A stretch of 64,000 nucleotides of DNA from positions 192,001 to 256,000 of the forward strand of contig JAWLHJ010000004.1 of assembly GCA_041690395.1 (NCBI GenBank), written 5' to 3'. This document shows positions 10,168 through 18,572 of the stretch, piece by piece. A program made the translations under genes and the position numbers. Numbering within the stretch: the first letter of the stretch is position 1; the number at the start of each line of letters is the position of its first letter. The stretch is from Longimicrobiales bacterium (GTDB taxonomy: Bacteria > Gemmatimonadota > Gemmatimonadetes > Longimicrobiales > Gaopeijiaceae). A model generated the notes under the pieces. It was not told where the DNA came from, did not search any database, and was given only the letters and a program-made list of their open reading frames with translations.

Positions 10168-10842
10168 ATGAATACGCTGACCGAACCGCTGCGGACGGCC
10201 CTGGTACGACGACTGGCCCACCCTGAGCAGGATAGACCGACGCTGGTCGCGACCGACTACGCCGCACTCGACGATCGCAAGCTGGCCGCGCTCGCCGCCG
10301 GAGGCCGCGAAGGCGCGTTCCGCGAGATCCTCCGTCGGTACGAGCGGCCCGTCTTCTCGCTCGTCTACCGCATGGTGCGCGACCGGACCCTGGCCGAGGA
10401 TCTGGCCCAGGAAGCCTTCGTCCGCGCCTTCAACGCGATCTCCTCCTACAAGTCCAGCTACAAGTTCAGCAACTGGATCCTGAAGATCGCGAACAACCAC
10501 ACGATCGATCATCTGCGGAAGAAGAAGCTCGATACGGTCTCCATCGACGGATCACCGCACGCCACCTCCGAGGAGGAGATGGGCCGCAGCCGGATGGTCA
10601 TCGCCTCCGAGGACGAGACGCCGCAGGAGTACGTGGAGAATCGGGAGCTCGGGGGTCAGATCGAGGCGGCCATCGGAACGCTGCGGGAGGAGTACCGCAC
10701 AGCCATCCTGCTTCGCCACGTCGAGGGCTACGCCTACGACGAGATCGCGGAGATCATGGACGTGCCGCTCGGCACGGTGAAGACCTACATCCACCGCGCG
10801 CGCGGCGAGTTGAAAGAACATCTCGCCCACCTGGCGTCATGA
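10168..10842 (+). CDS. ECF RNA polymerase sigma factor (SigW/RpoE-like)
   Basis: Region 2 AEDLAQEAF...FSNWILKIANN..IDHLRK and region 4 YDEIAEIMDVPLGTVKTYIHRAR. Exact start uncertain. Confidence 0.95.
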   Translation: MNTLTEPLRTALVRRLAHPEQDRPTLVATDYAALDDRKLAALAAGGREGAFREILRRYERPVFSLVYRMVRDRTLAEDLAQEAFVRAFNAISSYKSSYKFSNWILKIANNHTIDHLRKKKLDTVSIDGSPHATSEEEMGRSRMVIASEDETPQEYVENRELGGQIEAAIGTLREEYRTAILLRHVEGYAYDEIAEIMDVPLGTVKTYIHRARGELKEHLAHLAS

Positions 10843-10869
10843 GATCCGGCGCGTGGAGTCCTTTGGACT

Positions 10870-10898
10870 TGAAACTCGGGGCAGCGTCGCGTCGTAGG
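10870..10898 (+). promoter_or_regulatory. Putative internal ECF promoter driving the anti-sigma operon
   Basis: TGAAAC(10870-10875)-N17-CGTAGG(10893-10898) in the 88-nt gap between sigma and anti-sigma genes. Confidence 0.72.
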
Positions 10899-10930
10899 GT
10901 GGGACGTACGCAGGAAACCGGAGAGACCCA

Positions 10931-11866
10931 GTGAGCACGCACAAAGACCACGGACACTTGAGCGCCGAGCGCATCCAGGCGTTCCTCGAGGAGGATCTCC
11001 CCAAGCGGGAGCACCGTCTCGTCGAGGAGCACCTCGAGGCGTGCGGCCGCTGCTCGTCCGAGCTCGCCGCGTGGAAGGGGCTCTTCTCCGATCTCGGCGC
11101 GCTCCACGGCCACCGACCGCACGAGGGCTTCGCGGACCGCGTGATGATGAACGTCAGGCTCCCCGAGCCCCGCTCGCTCCCGGAGCGCATCCGTACCCGG
11201 GCCGCGGCCATGCTCGGTCTCGGGGAATCCGGGCACGTCGACGGCACGGTCGCGCAGGATCTGGTGGACGGGCTCCTGCCCGGCCGGCAGGCCGCGCGGG
11301 TACGCCGGCACATCGAGCGGTGCGGCTCGTGTGCCGACCAGGTGGAGGGCTTCGCCCGGATCGTCTCCGGGTTGGCCGATCTCCCCCGGTTCCAGCCGTC
11401 GGCCGCCTTCGCGGACCAGGTCATGGCCAGGGTCGACCTGGCTCCGCAGGTCGCGCCGGAGCGGGTGACCGAGCCGCGTGGTTGGGTGGCCGCCGTCCGC
11501 CGCCTGGTGCCGCGCACCCGCCGGGCCTGGGCCGCGCTCTCCGGAGCGGCGGTCACCCCGGTCGCCACGGTCGGGCTCGTGCTCTACGCCGTCTTCTCGC
11601 ACCCGACGCTCACGGTCGAATCACTGCTCTCCTACGTCTCGTGGCAGATCGCCGATCTGGCCGCGATGGGATGGGGCGCGATGGTCGGCCTGATGGCGCA
11701 GGGCGTCGCGGCGGTCGGGCTGAGAGACCTGCTCGGCGCGGCGGCTTCGGCCCCCATGGCCATCGCCGGCGCTTCAGTCCTGTACTCGGTACTCGTCGTG
11801 ATGGCCCTCCGGGTCCTCTACAAGAACCTCGTCACCGCTCGCTCGGTGGATATCGGAAATGCGTAG
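10931..11866 (+). CDS. Zinc-binding anti-sigma factor with two tandem zf-HC2 (ZAS) domains and C-terminal TM helices
   Basis: HLEACGRC and HIERCGSC, each followed by P..(A/G)FAD(R/Q)VM. Hydrophobic C-terminus. Directly downstream of the ECF sigma. Confidence 0.87.
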   Translation: MSTHKDHGHLSAERIQAFLEEDLPKREHRLVEEHLEACGRCSSELAAWKGLFSDLGALHGHRPHEGFADRVMMNVRLPEPRSLPERIRTRAAAMLGLGESGHVDGTVAQDLVDGLLPGRQAARVRRHIERCGSCADQVEGFARIVSGLADLPRFQPSAAFADQVMARVDLAPQVAPERVTEPRGWVAAVRRLVPRTRRAWAALSGAAVTPVATVGLVLYAVFSHPTLTVESLLSYVSWQIADLAAMGWGAMVGLMAQGVAAVGLRDLLGAAASAPMAIAGASVLYSVLVVMALRVLYKNLVTARSVDIGNA

Positions 11867-13469
11867 ACCAGCCGCTCTTTCCCACCTGCTCCCGGTCGTC
11901 CTCGCGGCGCTGGTGCTCCCCGTCCAGGGGAGCGCGCAGCTGCGGGAGGTCGTCTCCAAGCAGATCGCAGTCGGCGCCTCCGACGCCGAGCTCGTGCTCG
12001 AGTTCAGCGACGGCGAGCGCCTCTCGGCCGCCCTCCGGAACGGATCGGTGGTGGTCGACGATCGCACGCTCGGATCGTTCGAGACCGGCGACGCCCTCGA
12101 CGCCGCCTGGAGGTCGCTGCTCGGGCAGGCGATCGCGCTCGAGAACGGGCCGCTCGCGCAGGCCGTCCTCGACTGGGCTCCGCCGGAGTCGCTCTCGGGC
12201 GAGGTCGCGGAGGCGGCTTCCGCGCTCGACGAGACACTCGACGGCATCCTGAGCGCCCCCGCGAGCGATCCGGGCCAGGACGTCTCGGTATCGATACGCA
12301 ACGGAGACGAAGGCGCTCTGGCTCGCCTCCTCATCGGGTCGATGACCCGGCTCAGCGTGATCGAGGAAGCCCTCGAGGGGGTCGGGTCCCGGCTGTCCAT
12401 CCACATCGAGGAAGACCTCGACGTTCCGGCCGGGGAGGTCGTCGAGGGCACGGTGCTGGTCATCGACGGCGCGGCCAACGTGGCCGGAGAGATCCGGGGC
12501 GACCTCGTCGTGATCGACGGGGACGTGACGCTGGAGCCCGGCAGCATCGTCGGTGGCGAGCTGCGCCTGGCCGACGCGCGTGTCGTGCGGAACGAAGGAA
12601 CCGTGGAGGGCGGAGTCGTCGACGTGCTCGCCACGGAGCGGGCCGAAGTCTCCGACCTGCGGGACCGGATCCGCGAAGAGATCCGCGACGAGGTGCGGAG
12701 GGACATCCGCAGCGAGGTTCGCCGCGCCGCCCGCTCGAGCGACGACGGTTTCTCGCTGTTCGCGCCCGTCCGCTCCGTCGTCCGTGGGATCGGCGGCGTG
12801 ATCGAGACCATCTTCGTGGTGCTGGTGCTCGGGTTACTGGGCGCCGCCGCGGCGGCGTTCGCGGGGGAGAACCTCGAGGTCGTGGCCGAGACCGCGCGCA
12901 GGGCACCCGGACGGGCCGCCACAGTCGGGCTGGCCGGAACCTTCCTGGCCATTCCGGTCTGGATCCTGGGCGCGGTCGCCCTGGTGGTCTCCATCGTCGG
13001 TATTCCGGTGGCCATCGCCTGGCTCCCCCTCTTCCCCGCCGCCGTGGCCGTCGCCGCAATCTTCGGATATCTGGCGGTCGCCAAGAACGCGGGCGAATGG
13101 CTCGCGGACAGCGGGTACGAGTGGACGGACTGGATCCGTCCGAGCAACGCCGTGCACACCATCGCGGCCGGACTCATCGGCCTCTCGCTGGCCTTCGGCG
13201 TCGCGCACCTCGTCTCCATCCTGCCCTTCTTCGGCTTCCTCTCCGGCCTGCTGACGTTCATCGGTGTCATCGTGACGCTGGCGGCATTCCAGGTCGGCTT
13301 CGGCGCCGTGATCCTGACCCGGGGCGGACGGCGTCGCGAGTATTGGTCGACCGACCCCGACGAGGCCTGGGCCGCCGCCATGGACCTGGACTCCGACCTG
13401 GATGCCGCGGCCGAGGCCGGCGCGGGCCCCGGCGGAGACGCCCCGAACCGTGGAGGCCACGATGTTTGA
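11859..13469 (+). CDS. Membrane protein with signal peptide, bactofilin/polymer-forming-like beta-helix repeats and multi-TM C-terminus
   Basis: V-x-G-x-V-x-V repeats (VVEGTVLVIDG...IRGDLVVIDGDV...IVGGEL...VEGGV), charged helical linker, about 5-6 hydrophobic segments. Confidence 0.7.
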   Translation: MRRPAALSHLLPVVLAALVLPVQGSAQLREVVSKQIAVGASDAELVLEFSDGERLSAALRNGSVVVDDRTLGSFETGDALDAAWRSLLGQAIALENGPLAQAVLDWAPPESLSGEVAEAASALDETLDGILSAPASDPGQDVSVSIRNGDEGALARLLIGSMTRLSVIEEALEGVGSRLSIHIEEDLDVPAGEVVEGTVLVIDGAANVAGEIRGDLVVIDGDVTLEPGSIVGGELRLADARVVRNEGTVEGGVVDVLATERAEVSDLRDRIREEIRDEVRRDIRSEVRRAARSSDDGFSLFAPVRSVVRGIGGVIETIFVVLVLGLLGAAAAAFAGENLEVVAETARRAPGRAATVGLAGTFLAIPVWILGAVALVVSIVGIPVAIAWLPLFPAAVAVAAIFGYLAVAKNAGEWLADSGYEWTDWIRPSNAVHTIAAGLIGLSLAFGVAHLVSILPFFGFLSGLLTFIGVIVTLAAFQVGFGAVILTRGGRRREYWSTDPDEAWAAAMDLDSDLDAAAEAGAGPGGDAPNRGGHDV

Positions 13470-14310
13470 CCGCACCCTTCGACTCCTTCTGCTCCCGCTC
13501 GCCCTGGCCGTCGTGACGCCGGCGCACGGCGCGGGCCAGAGCTGGAAGGAAGTCACGATGTCGCGGCAGCTCGAGGGAGCCGGACCGATCGAGGCCCGGG
13601 TCTCTTACGGCGCGGGGACGTTCTCGCTCGCCGCGACGGCGGAGCCGCTCCTCTACCGGATGTCCGTCCGGTACGACGAGGAGTCGTTCGAGCCTCGTGC
13701 GGAGCTCTCGGGGAACCAGCTCGTGATCGGACTCGAGGGAAGCGGGCGCCGCTTCTCCTTCAACCGGTCGGCCACGGGCGGCTCGATGAACCTCGAGCTC
13801 GCGCGTGGGGTCCCCATGGATCTCGACCTGGAGTTCGGAGCGGTGAAGGCTGCGGTCGACCTGGGCGGCCTCTCGCTTACCGACCTCCAGCTCTCGACGG
13901 GGGCTTCCGAGTCCATCATCGAGGTCTCCGAGCCGAACCCGGTCCAGATGACCGAGGCGGAGTTCGAGGTCGGCGCCGCCGACTTCACGCTCACCGGCCT
14001 CGGGAACCTGGGAGCCGAGCGGATCAGCGTGGAGGCCGGGGTCGGCCAGGTCGCGCTCGGTCTGGACGGAGCGTGGCGCACGAACGCGCGCGTCTCGATC
14101 GACATGGGGCTCGGCGCGCTCGAGATCCGGGTGCCGGAAGGACTCGGCATCCGGATTCGGAAGGACAGCTTCCTGACGTCCTTCGACCCGGAGGGCCTCG
14201 TCAAGCGGGGCGACTCCTACTATTCGCTGGATTGGGAAGAGGCAGAGCGGAACGTGACCATCGATCTGAACGCGGCCTTCGGGAGCGTGCAGGTGGTCTG
14301 GATCCGCTGA
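13462..14310 (+). CDS. Secreted beta-solenoid protein (LiaF/DUF2154 or DUF4097-like envelope-stress protein)
   Basis: ATG 13462 with GGAGG SD. Signal peptide. Repeats of G-A/V-G-x-x-x-V/L-D-L, ending LNAAFGSVQV. Confidence 0.65.
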   Translation: MFDRTLRLLLLPLALAVVTPAHGAGQSWKEVTMSRQLEGAGPIEARVSYGAGTFSLAATAEPLLYRMSVRYDEESFEPRAELSGNQLVIGLEGSGRRFSFNRSATGGSMNLELARGVPMDLDLEFGAVKAAVDLGGLSLTDLQLSTGASESIIEVSEPNPVQMTEAEFEVGAADFTLTGLGNLGAERISVEAGVGQVALGLDGAWRTNARVSIDMGLGALEIRVPEGLGIRIRKDSFLTSFDPEGLVKRGDSYYSLDWEEAERNVTIDLNAAFGSVQVVWIR

Positions 14311-14342
14311 CGCATGCACACGGGACACACTGGAGGCATACG

Positions 14343-14579
14343 ATGCTAGGCTCACTCCTCACCTTCTTCGCCGTCGGCCTGATCACCCTGGTGGTGGCGG
14401 GCCTCGTTCTCGGCCTCATCGGCACCGTCTTCTCGCTGACCTTCGGGTTGGCCACGTTCCTGCTCTTCAAGGTCGCGCCGGTGCTCCTGGTCGGCTGGGT
14501 CGTCGTCAAGCTGATCGACAAGAGCCGTGGCGGCGGCGCGCTGTCGGACTCCGATCGACGCTGGCTCGAAGGCGACTGA
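14343..14579 (+). CDS. Small two-TM membrane protein
   Basis: GGAGG SD, MLGSLLTFFAVG... hydrophobic 78 aa. Last gene of the ECF operon. Confidence 0.75.
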   Translation: MLGSLLTFFAVGLITLVVAGLVLGLIGTVFSLTFGLATFLLFKVAPVLLVGWVVVKLIDKSRGGGALSDSDRRWLEGD

Positions 14580-15686
14580 TCAGCGCGGTATGGGCACCCC
14601 CACCGCGCCGCTCACCCGCTGGGCGACCGCGTCCAGCGCGACGCCGGCCGCGGAGTCCGGCGAAGACATCACGGTAGGCGCTCCCTCGTCCCCGGCCTTC
14701 GAGACCGCCGGGTCGAGGGGAACCTTGCCGAGGAACGGAAGCCCGAGCTCTTCGGCGAGCTTCTCCCCGCCACCGGACCCGAACACGTCCACGGTCTCAC
14801 CGCAGCCGGGGCACGCGAGGCCGCTCATGTTCTCCACGATCCCGAGCACCCGCGTGTTCACCCGCTCGAACATCTTCACGCCGCGACGGACGTCGCCCGT
14901 GGAGACGCGCTGGGGGGTCGTCACCATGACGGCCCCGTCGACGTCGATCGTCTGGACCAGCGACAGCTGGGCGTCCCCCGTTCCCGGAGGCATGTCCACG
15001 ATCATGACGTCGAGCGCGCCCCAGTCGACCTGCTCGAGGAACTGTTTGAGGATGCCCGAGATGAGCGGGCCCCGCATGATGGCCGGCTGATCCTTCTCGA
15101 GCAGGAAGCCGAGGCTCATCAGCTTCACGCCGTGGGCCTCGAGCGGCTCGATCATCTCCTTGCCCTTCGCCCCCGACACCTCGGGACGCTTATGCACCCC
15201 GAACATGAGCGGGATGTTCGGCCCGTAGATGTCGGCGTCCAACAGCCCCACGTTCAGGCCGGTCTTGGCGAGCGAAGCAGCCAGGTTCGCGGCGACCATC
15301 GACTTTCCGACGCCGCCCTTGCCCGAGCTCACGGCGACCACGTGCCCGACCTGGGCCAGGATTCCGGGCTTCGGGGTCGGCGCCGGCACGGACCCGGGCT
15401 TCAGCCCACCCCCCGGCTTGCCACCTCCGGTCGGCGCCATCTGCGGGAGCTGGACGTTGATCTTCACGTCCCGGACCCCGTCGAGCGCCTCCACGGCCGA
15501 CCGCGCCTGCTTCACCAGGTCGGAGGGGTCCTCGGGACGCCGGAAGAAGCGGAACCGGACGGACCCGGAATCGTCGACTTCCAGGTCCTGCACGTGGTTG
15601 CCGGATATGAGGTCCTGCCCGGATCCCGGGTGCGGGATGCGGGACAGGGTCGTGGTCACCGAGCGCTTCAGCTCGTCAGCGTTCAT
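14580..15686 (-). CDS. mrp: Mrp/ApbC (NBP35) Fe-S cluster carrier ATPase with N-terminal DUF59-like domain
   Basis: SGKGGVGKS, DADIYGP, DMPPGTGD, VTTPQ, ENMS..CPGC. Start re-called at ATG 15686. Confidence 0.93.
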   Translation of the reverse strand: MNADELKRSVTTTLSRIPHPGSGQDLISGNHVQDLEVDDSGSVRFRFFRRPEDPSDLVKQARSAVEALDGVRDVKINVQLPQMAPTGGGKPGGGLKPGSVPAPTPKPGILAQVGHVVAVSSGKGGVGKSMVAANLAASLAKTGLNVGLLDADIYGPNIPLMFGVHKRPEVSGAKGKEMIEPLEAHGVKLMSLGFLLEKDQPAIMRGPLISGILKQFLEQVDWGALDVMIVDMPPGTGDAQLSLVQTIDVDGAVMVTTPQRVSTGDVRRGVKMFERVNTRVLGIVENMSGLACPGCGETVDVFGSGGGEKLAEELGLPFLGKVPLDPAVSKAGDEGAPTVMSSPDSAAGVALDAVAQRVSGAVGVPIPR

Positions 15687-15718
15687 GGTCGAATGCGTTG
15701 AGCGAACGCCGGTCGCGG

Positions 15719-15949
15719 CTACCGTGCCTCGACGGAGGAGACCTGCGGCACCGACTCTTTCAGCCGTCGCTCGATCCCCTCCTTCAGCGTCCGCATGGAA
15801 ATCGGACAGGATTGGCACGCCCCCAGGAGCTTGACCTCCACGACGCCGTCTTCACTCGAGAAGCCCACGAGCTCGATGTCGCCGCCGTCGCTCCGGATGG
15901 CCGGGCGCAGCGATTCGAGCACTTCCTGGATCTTCTCTTCGGTGCTCAT
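15719..15949 (-). CDS. NifU/NfuA C-terminal domain Fe-S scaffold protein
   Basis: LRPAIRSDGGDIELV...LLGACQSCPIS..TLKEGIE. Confidence 0.93.
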   Translation of the reverse strand: MSTEEKIQEVLESLRPAIRSDGGDIELVGFSSEDGVVEVKLLGACQSCPISMRTLKEGIERRLKESVPQVSSVEAR

Positions 15950-16005
15950 GACGGGCGTGGGAGGGGGTCGGTCGGTCGCCGCACCGTCCCCGGGGGCGGC
16001 CGTCG

Positions 16006-16035
16006 AAGGTACCCGAGCGGCGGTGGAGGCGTCAA
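16006..16035 (-). promoter_or_regulatory. Putative sigma70-type promoter of nifU-mrp
   Basis: Minus strand TTGACG-N18-TACCTT. Confidence 0.45.
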
Positions 16036-16105
16036 CCGACCGGCGCCCGGCACCTCGATCCCCACGCTGATCGGCACGAGGCCGTTGGCAGGTCGGGACG
16101 TGACC

Positions 16106-16690
16106 TCAGAGAAGATGCTGGACGAGGTGGCTGAGCGCATGCACGCGCCCCGACACGGGACTCCGGAACGCGACCCGCCTCCGCACGAGCGCGTCGAGCC
16201 ACACCGGCTCGGGCGCGTCGGGGAAGGCGGCCGAACCCGGCTCCGGCGCGGGCACGTAGCCCAACCGCTCCAGGTCGCGCCACGCGCGCTCCTCCTCCCC
16301 CGACCGCTCGCCGAGCAGCTCGAAGGTGTCGGGCGCGGTTTCGGCCACGGCCAGGAGCCCCTGGCGCTCGAGCACGTACTCGACCTGGTCACGATGCGGC
16401 TCGTGCACGCCGCGGAAGACGAAGAACGCCTCATGGGGATCGGGCTCGAGGTACCGCTGGATCAGCTTGGCTACGACCTCGTCGGCGCACGAGAAGTCGA
16501 GGATCGCCACCTCAGAAAAGTCGATGAGCGAGAGGGACCGGGGCCCCGCCCCGTGCAGGCGGGTCTCGATCGCCATCCGGACGGCCCGACCCGTCGGGCG
16601 CGTGACGAGCTGGGCATACAGCGAGGTCTCGGTGTGCTGGAGCACCTGCCCGACATCGATGGCGATGGGGTCCACGGGTAGGTCCGTCAT
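16106..16690 (-). CDS. STAS-like (DUF4325-like) domain protein with possible C-terminal winged helix
   Basis: ATG 16690 overlaps upstream stop (ATGA). TRPTGRAVR...LIDFSEVAILDFSCADEVVAKL resembles STAS-like folds. Confidence 0.65.
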   Translation of the reverse strand: MTDLPVDPIAIDVGQVLQHTETSLYAQLVTRPTGRAVRMAIETRLHGAGPRSLSLIDFSEVAILDFSCADEVVAKLIQRYLEPDPHEAFFVFRGVHEPHRDQVEYVLERQGLLAVAETAPDTFELLGERSGEEERAWRDLERLGYVPAPEPGSAAFPDAPEPVWLDALVRRRVAFRSPVSGRVHALSHLVQHLL

Positions 16691-17574
16691 CCTTCTTTGG
16701 CCGGCAGGACGATTCCGATCTGAGCCCCGGGAAAGGGCGCGAGATGCTCGACCATGGGGGGCGAGTCGTCCCAGCTCGGGACCTGCGCGATGCGCGCCGT
16801 TCCGCTGCGCACCGAAATCGATCCGTTCCACCGTTGCACCTGCCGCCGCATCTGCTGAATGCCCTGGCCGCGCCCCGAATCCGGAAAGCGCGTGAGGCCA
16901 TGTAGGAACGCGGCCTCGAGCGCGGTCGCGTCGCCCCAGCGGTCGCCGTAGCGCGCCGAGTGCTGATCGCCGAGCGAACCCCGGAAGCCCCGACCCACGT
17001 CCATGACCGAGATCACCACGACGTAGCGCCCGAGCCTCCTGGCCCAGTTGTACGCCTGGGCCGCGACCCAACCCTCGGACTCGGAGTGCTCGAGGATGTT
17101 CTGGCAGACCTCGGAGAGGATCACCGAGAACTGTACGACGGCGCTCGGCGGATATCCGAGCCTGGACGACAGGATCTCCCCCGCCCCCCGCTGGACCCGG
17201 TCCACCACGGCGTGCACGTCGGCGTTGGCCGCGATCCGGGTGATCTCGAGGAGGACGTCCGAGCCGCCGGCCGAGGGTCGACGACCGGAACGCTTGGAGA
17301 CCTCGAAGACCTCCTGGGCCTGCTCGAAGAAGCCCATGCGGGCGAGGTACCCGGTCACGTCGGCACTCTCGGGCGGCTCGAGCCGCGGACGCTCCTCGCT
17401 CCCGCGCCCGGCCACTGCCCCCGCCACGAGCAGCGCGACCATGCCGTTCGGGTCCACCCAACGGACGTGGCGCGCGTCGAAAAGCGTGCGCTCGGCGTCC
17501 AGTCGCGAAACCTCGTCGAAGAATCCATCGACCGTCTGCTGGTCGAGGGACCCGGGGACCGACACCACCTTCAT
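16687..17574 (-). CDS. STAS + GHKL (HATPase_c) anti-sigma-kinase-like ATP-binding protein
   Basis: GGAGG SD and ATG 17574. N-terminal FDARHVRWVDPNG (STAS-like). N-box EVCQNILEHS, G1 DVGRG, G2 GRGQG. No HisKA H-box seen. Confidence 0.75.
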   Translation of the reverse strand: MKVVSVPGSLDQQTVDGFFDEVSRLDAERTLFDARHVRWVDPNGMVALLVAGAVAGRGSEERPRLEPPESADVTGYLARMGFFEQAQEVFEVSKRSGRRPSAGGSDVLLEITRIAANADVHAVVDRVQRGAGEILSSRLGYPPSAVVQFSVILSEVCQNILEHSESEGWVAAQAYNWARRLGRYVVVISVMDVGRGFRGSLGDQHSARYGDRWGDATALEAAFLHGLTRFPDSGRGQGIQQMRRQVQRWNGSISVRSGTARIAQVPSWDDSPPMVEHLAPFPGAQIGIVLPAKEG

Positions 17575-18572
17575 CGGCGCTCCTCCACGTGTGAGAGTCG
17601 TCCGGCCAGATGCCGGTACAGGCCTCGCGCGCCCCGGTGGCCGACGTTCAGCGCGGCCAGACGGTTCGCTTCCCGCATGGCGTCTTCCACGGGATCTCCG
17701 GCGAGAAGTCGCGCGAAGGTCGTGGCGCCCCAGACATCGCCGCACCCCGTCGGGTCGCCGTCTCTGGCCGCTCCATCCAACGGGACCCGTCCGCTCCGGG
17801 AGCGTGGCGCCCGTCTCACACGCCCCTCCGTGCGCCACAGCATGGGATCCGCCGCGAGATCCTGGTTCACCACGTACGCCGCGCCGCGCCCACCGAGCGT
17901 CACGGCCAGGAGCTTCAGCTCCGGGCCCATCGCCTCGGCGGCGAGCACCCACGGGTCGCCCGACGCACCGAGCCTGCCGAACTCGTCCTCGTTCATCTGC
18001 ACGGCGTCGAAGCATCGCATCCACGCCACCCACGCCTCGAGCGGACGAGGCACGCGCGTGCCCGACCGCGTGATGCCGAGAAAGAGCGAGTGGAGGTCCG
18101 CCCAGGTCGGGCCTCCGTACCCCATGTGGAGGGCGCGGGCCGTCTCGAGCTCCATCTCGAAGCCGGAGATGAAGTTGACGTAGAGCGCGTCGCTCAGCTC
18201 CGTGAACGGCGACAGCTCTGGCCACGTCCACGGCGGCACGCCGCCATGCATGCGCTCGGTGCGACGAGCCGTGTCCTCGTAACGGAGCTCGACGCGGTTG
18301 TTCGGCTCGGGGACCACCACGATGCCGCGGTCGTCCACCCGGGGGATCTCCAGCAGGAACCGCCGGCCCTCCTCGGCGAGGTCCCGCCCGACCTTCACGA
18401 TGGGGAGGATCCGCCAGTCGTCCGGGAGCGCGGCGCTGAGCGCGGAGAGGGCGTAGGCGATGCCGCCCCACTCCTCGACCGGCTCGCTCCGGCTGTCCCG
18501 GTCGAAGATCCGGTCCCAGATCAGGGTGCCGACCACGCCGAGCGTGCGGGCCTCGTCGGCCGACAACGTCAC
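17571..18572 (-). CDS. PfkB/ribokinase family carbohydrate kinase
   Basis: GGIAY, MNEDE, VTLGGRGA, DPTGCGD anion-hole motif. GTGA overlap with the ROK gene. Confidence 0.85.
   Translation of the reverse strand: MTLSADEARTLGVVGTLIWDRIFDRDSRSEPVEEWGGIAYALSALSAALPDDWRILPIVKVGRDLAEEGRRFLLEIPRVDDRGIVVVPEPNNRVELRYEDTARRTERMHGGVPPWTWPELSPFTELSDALYVNFISGFEMELETARALHMGYGGPTWADLHSLFLGITRSGTRVPRPLEAWVAWMRCFDAVQMNEDEFGRLGASGDPWVLAAEAMGPELKLLAVTLGGRGAAYVVNQDLAADPMLWRTEGRVRRAPRSRSGRVPLDGAARDGDPTGCGDVWGATTFARLLAGDPVEDAMREANRLAALNVGHRGARGLYRHLAGRLSHVEERR

Noticed and set aside
12658..12725. Repetitive IREEIRDEVRRDIRSEVRR segment as a DNA repeat element
   Set aside because: In-frame charged helical linker within a protein, not an independent element.
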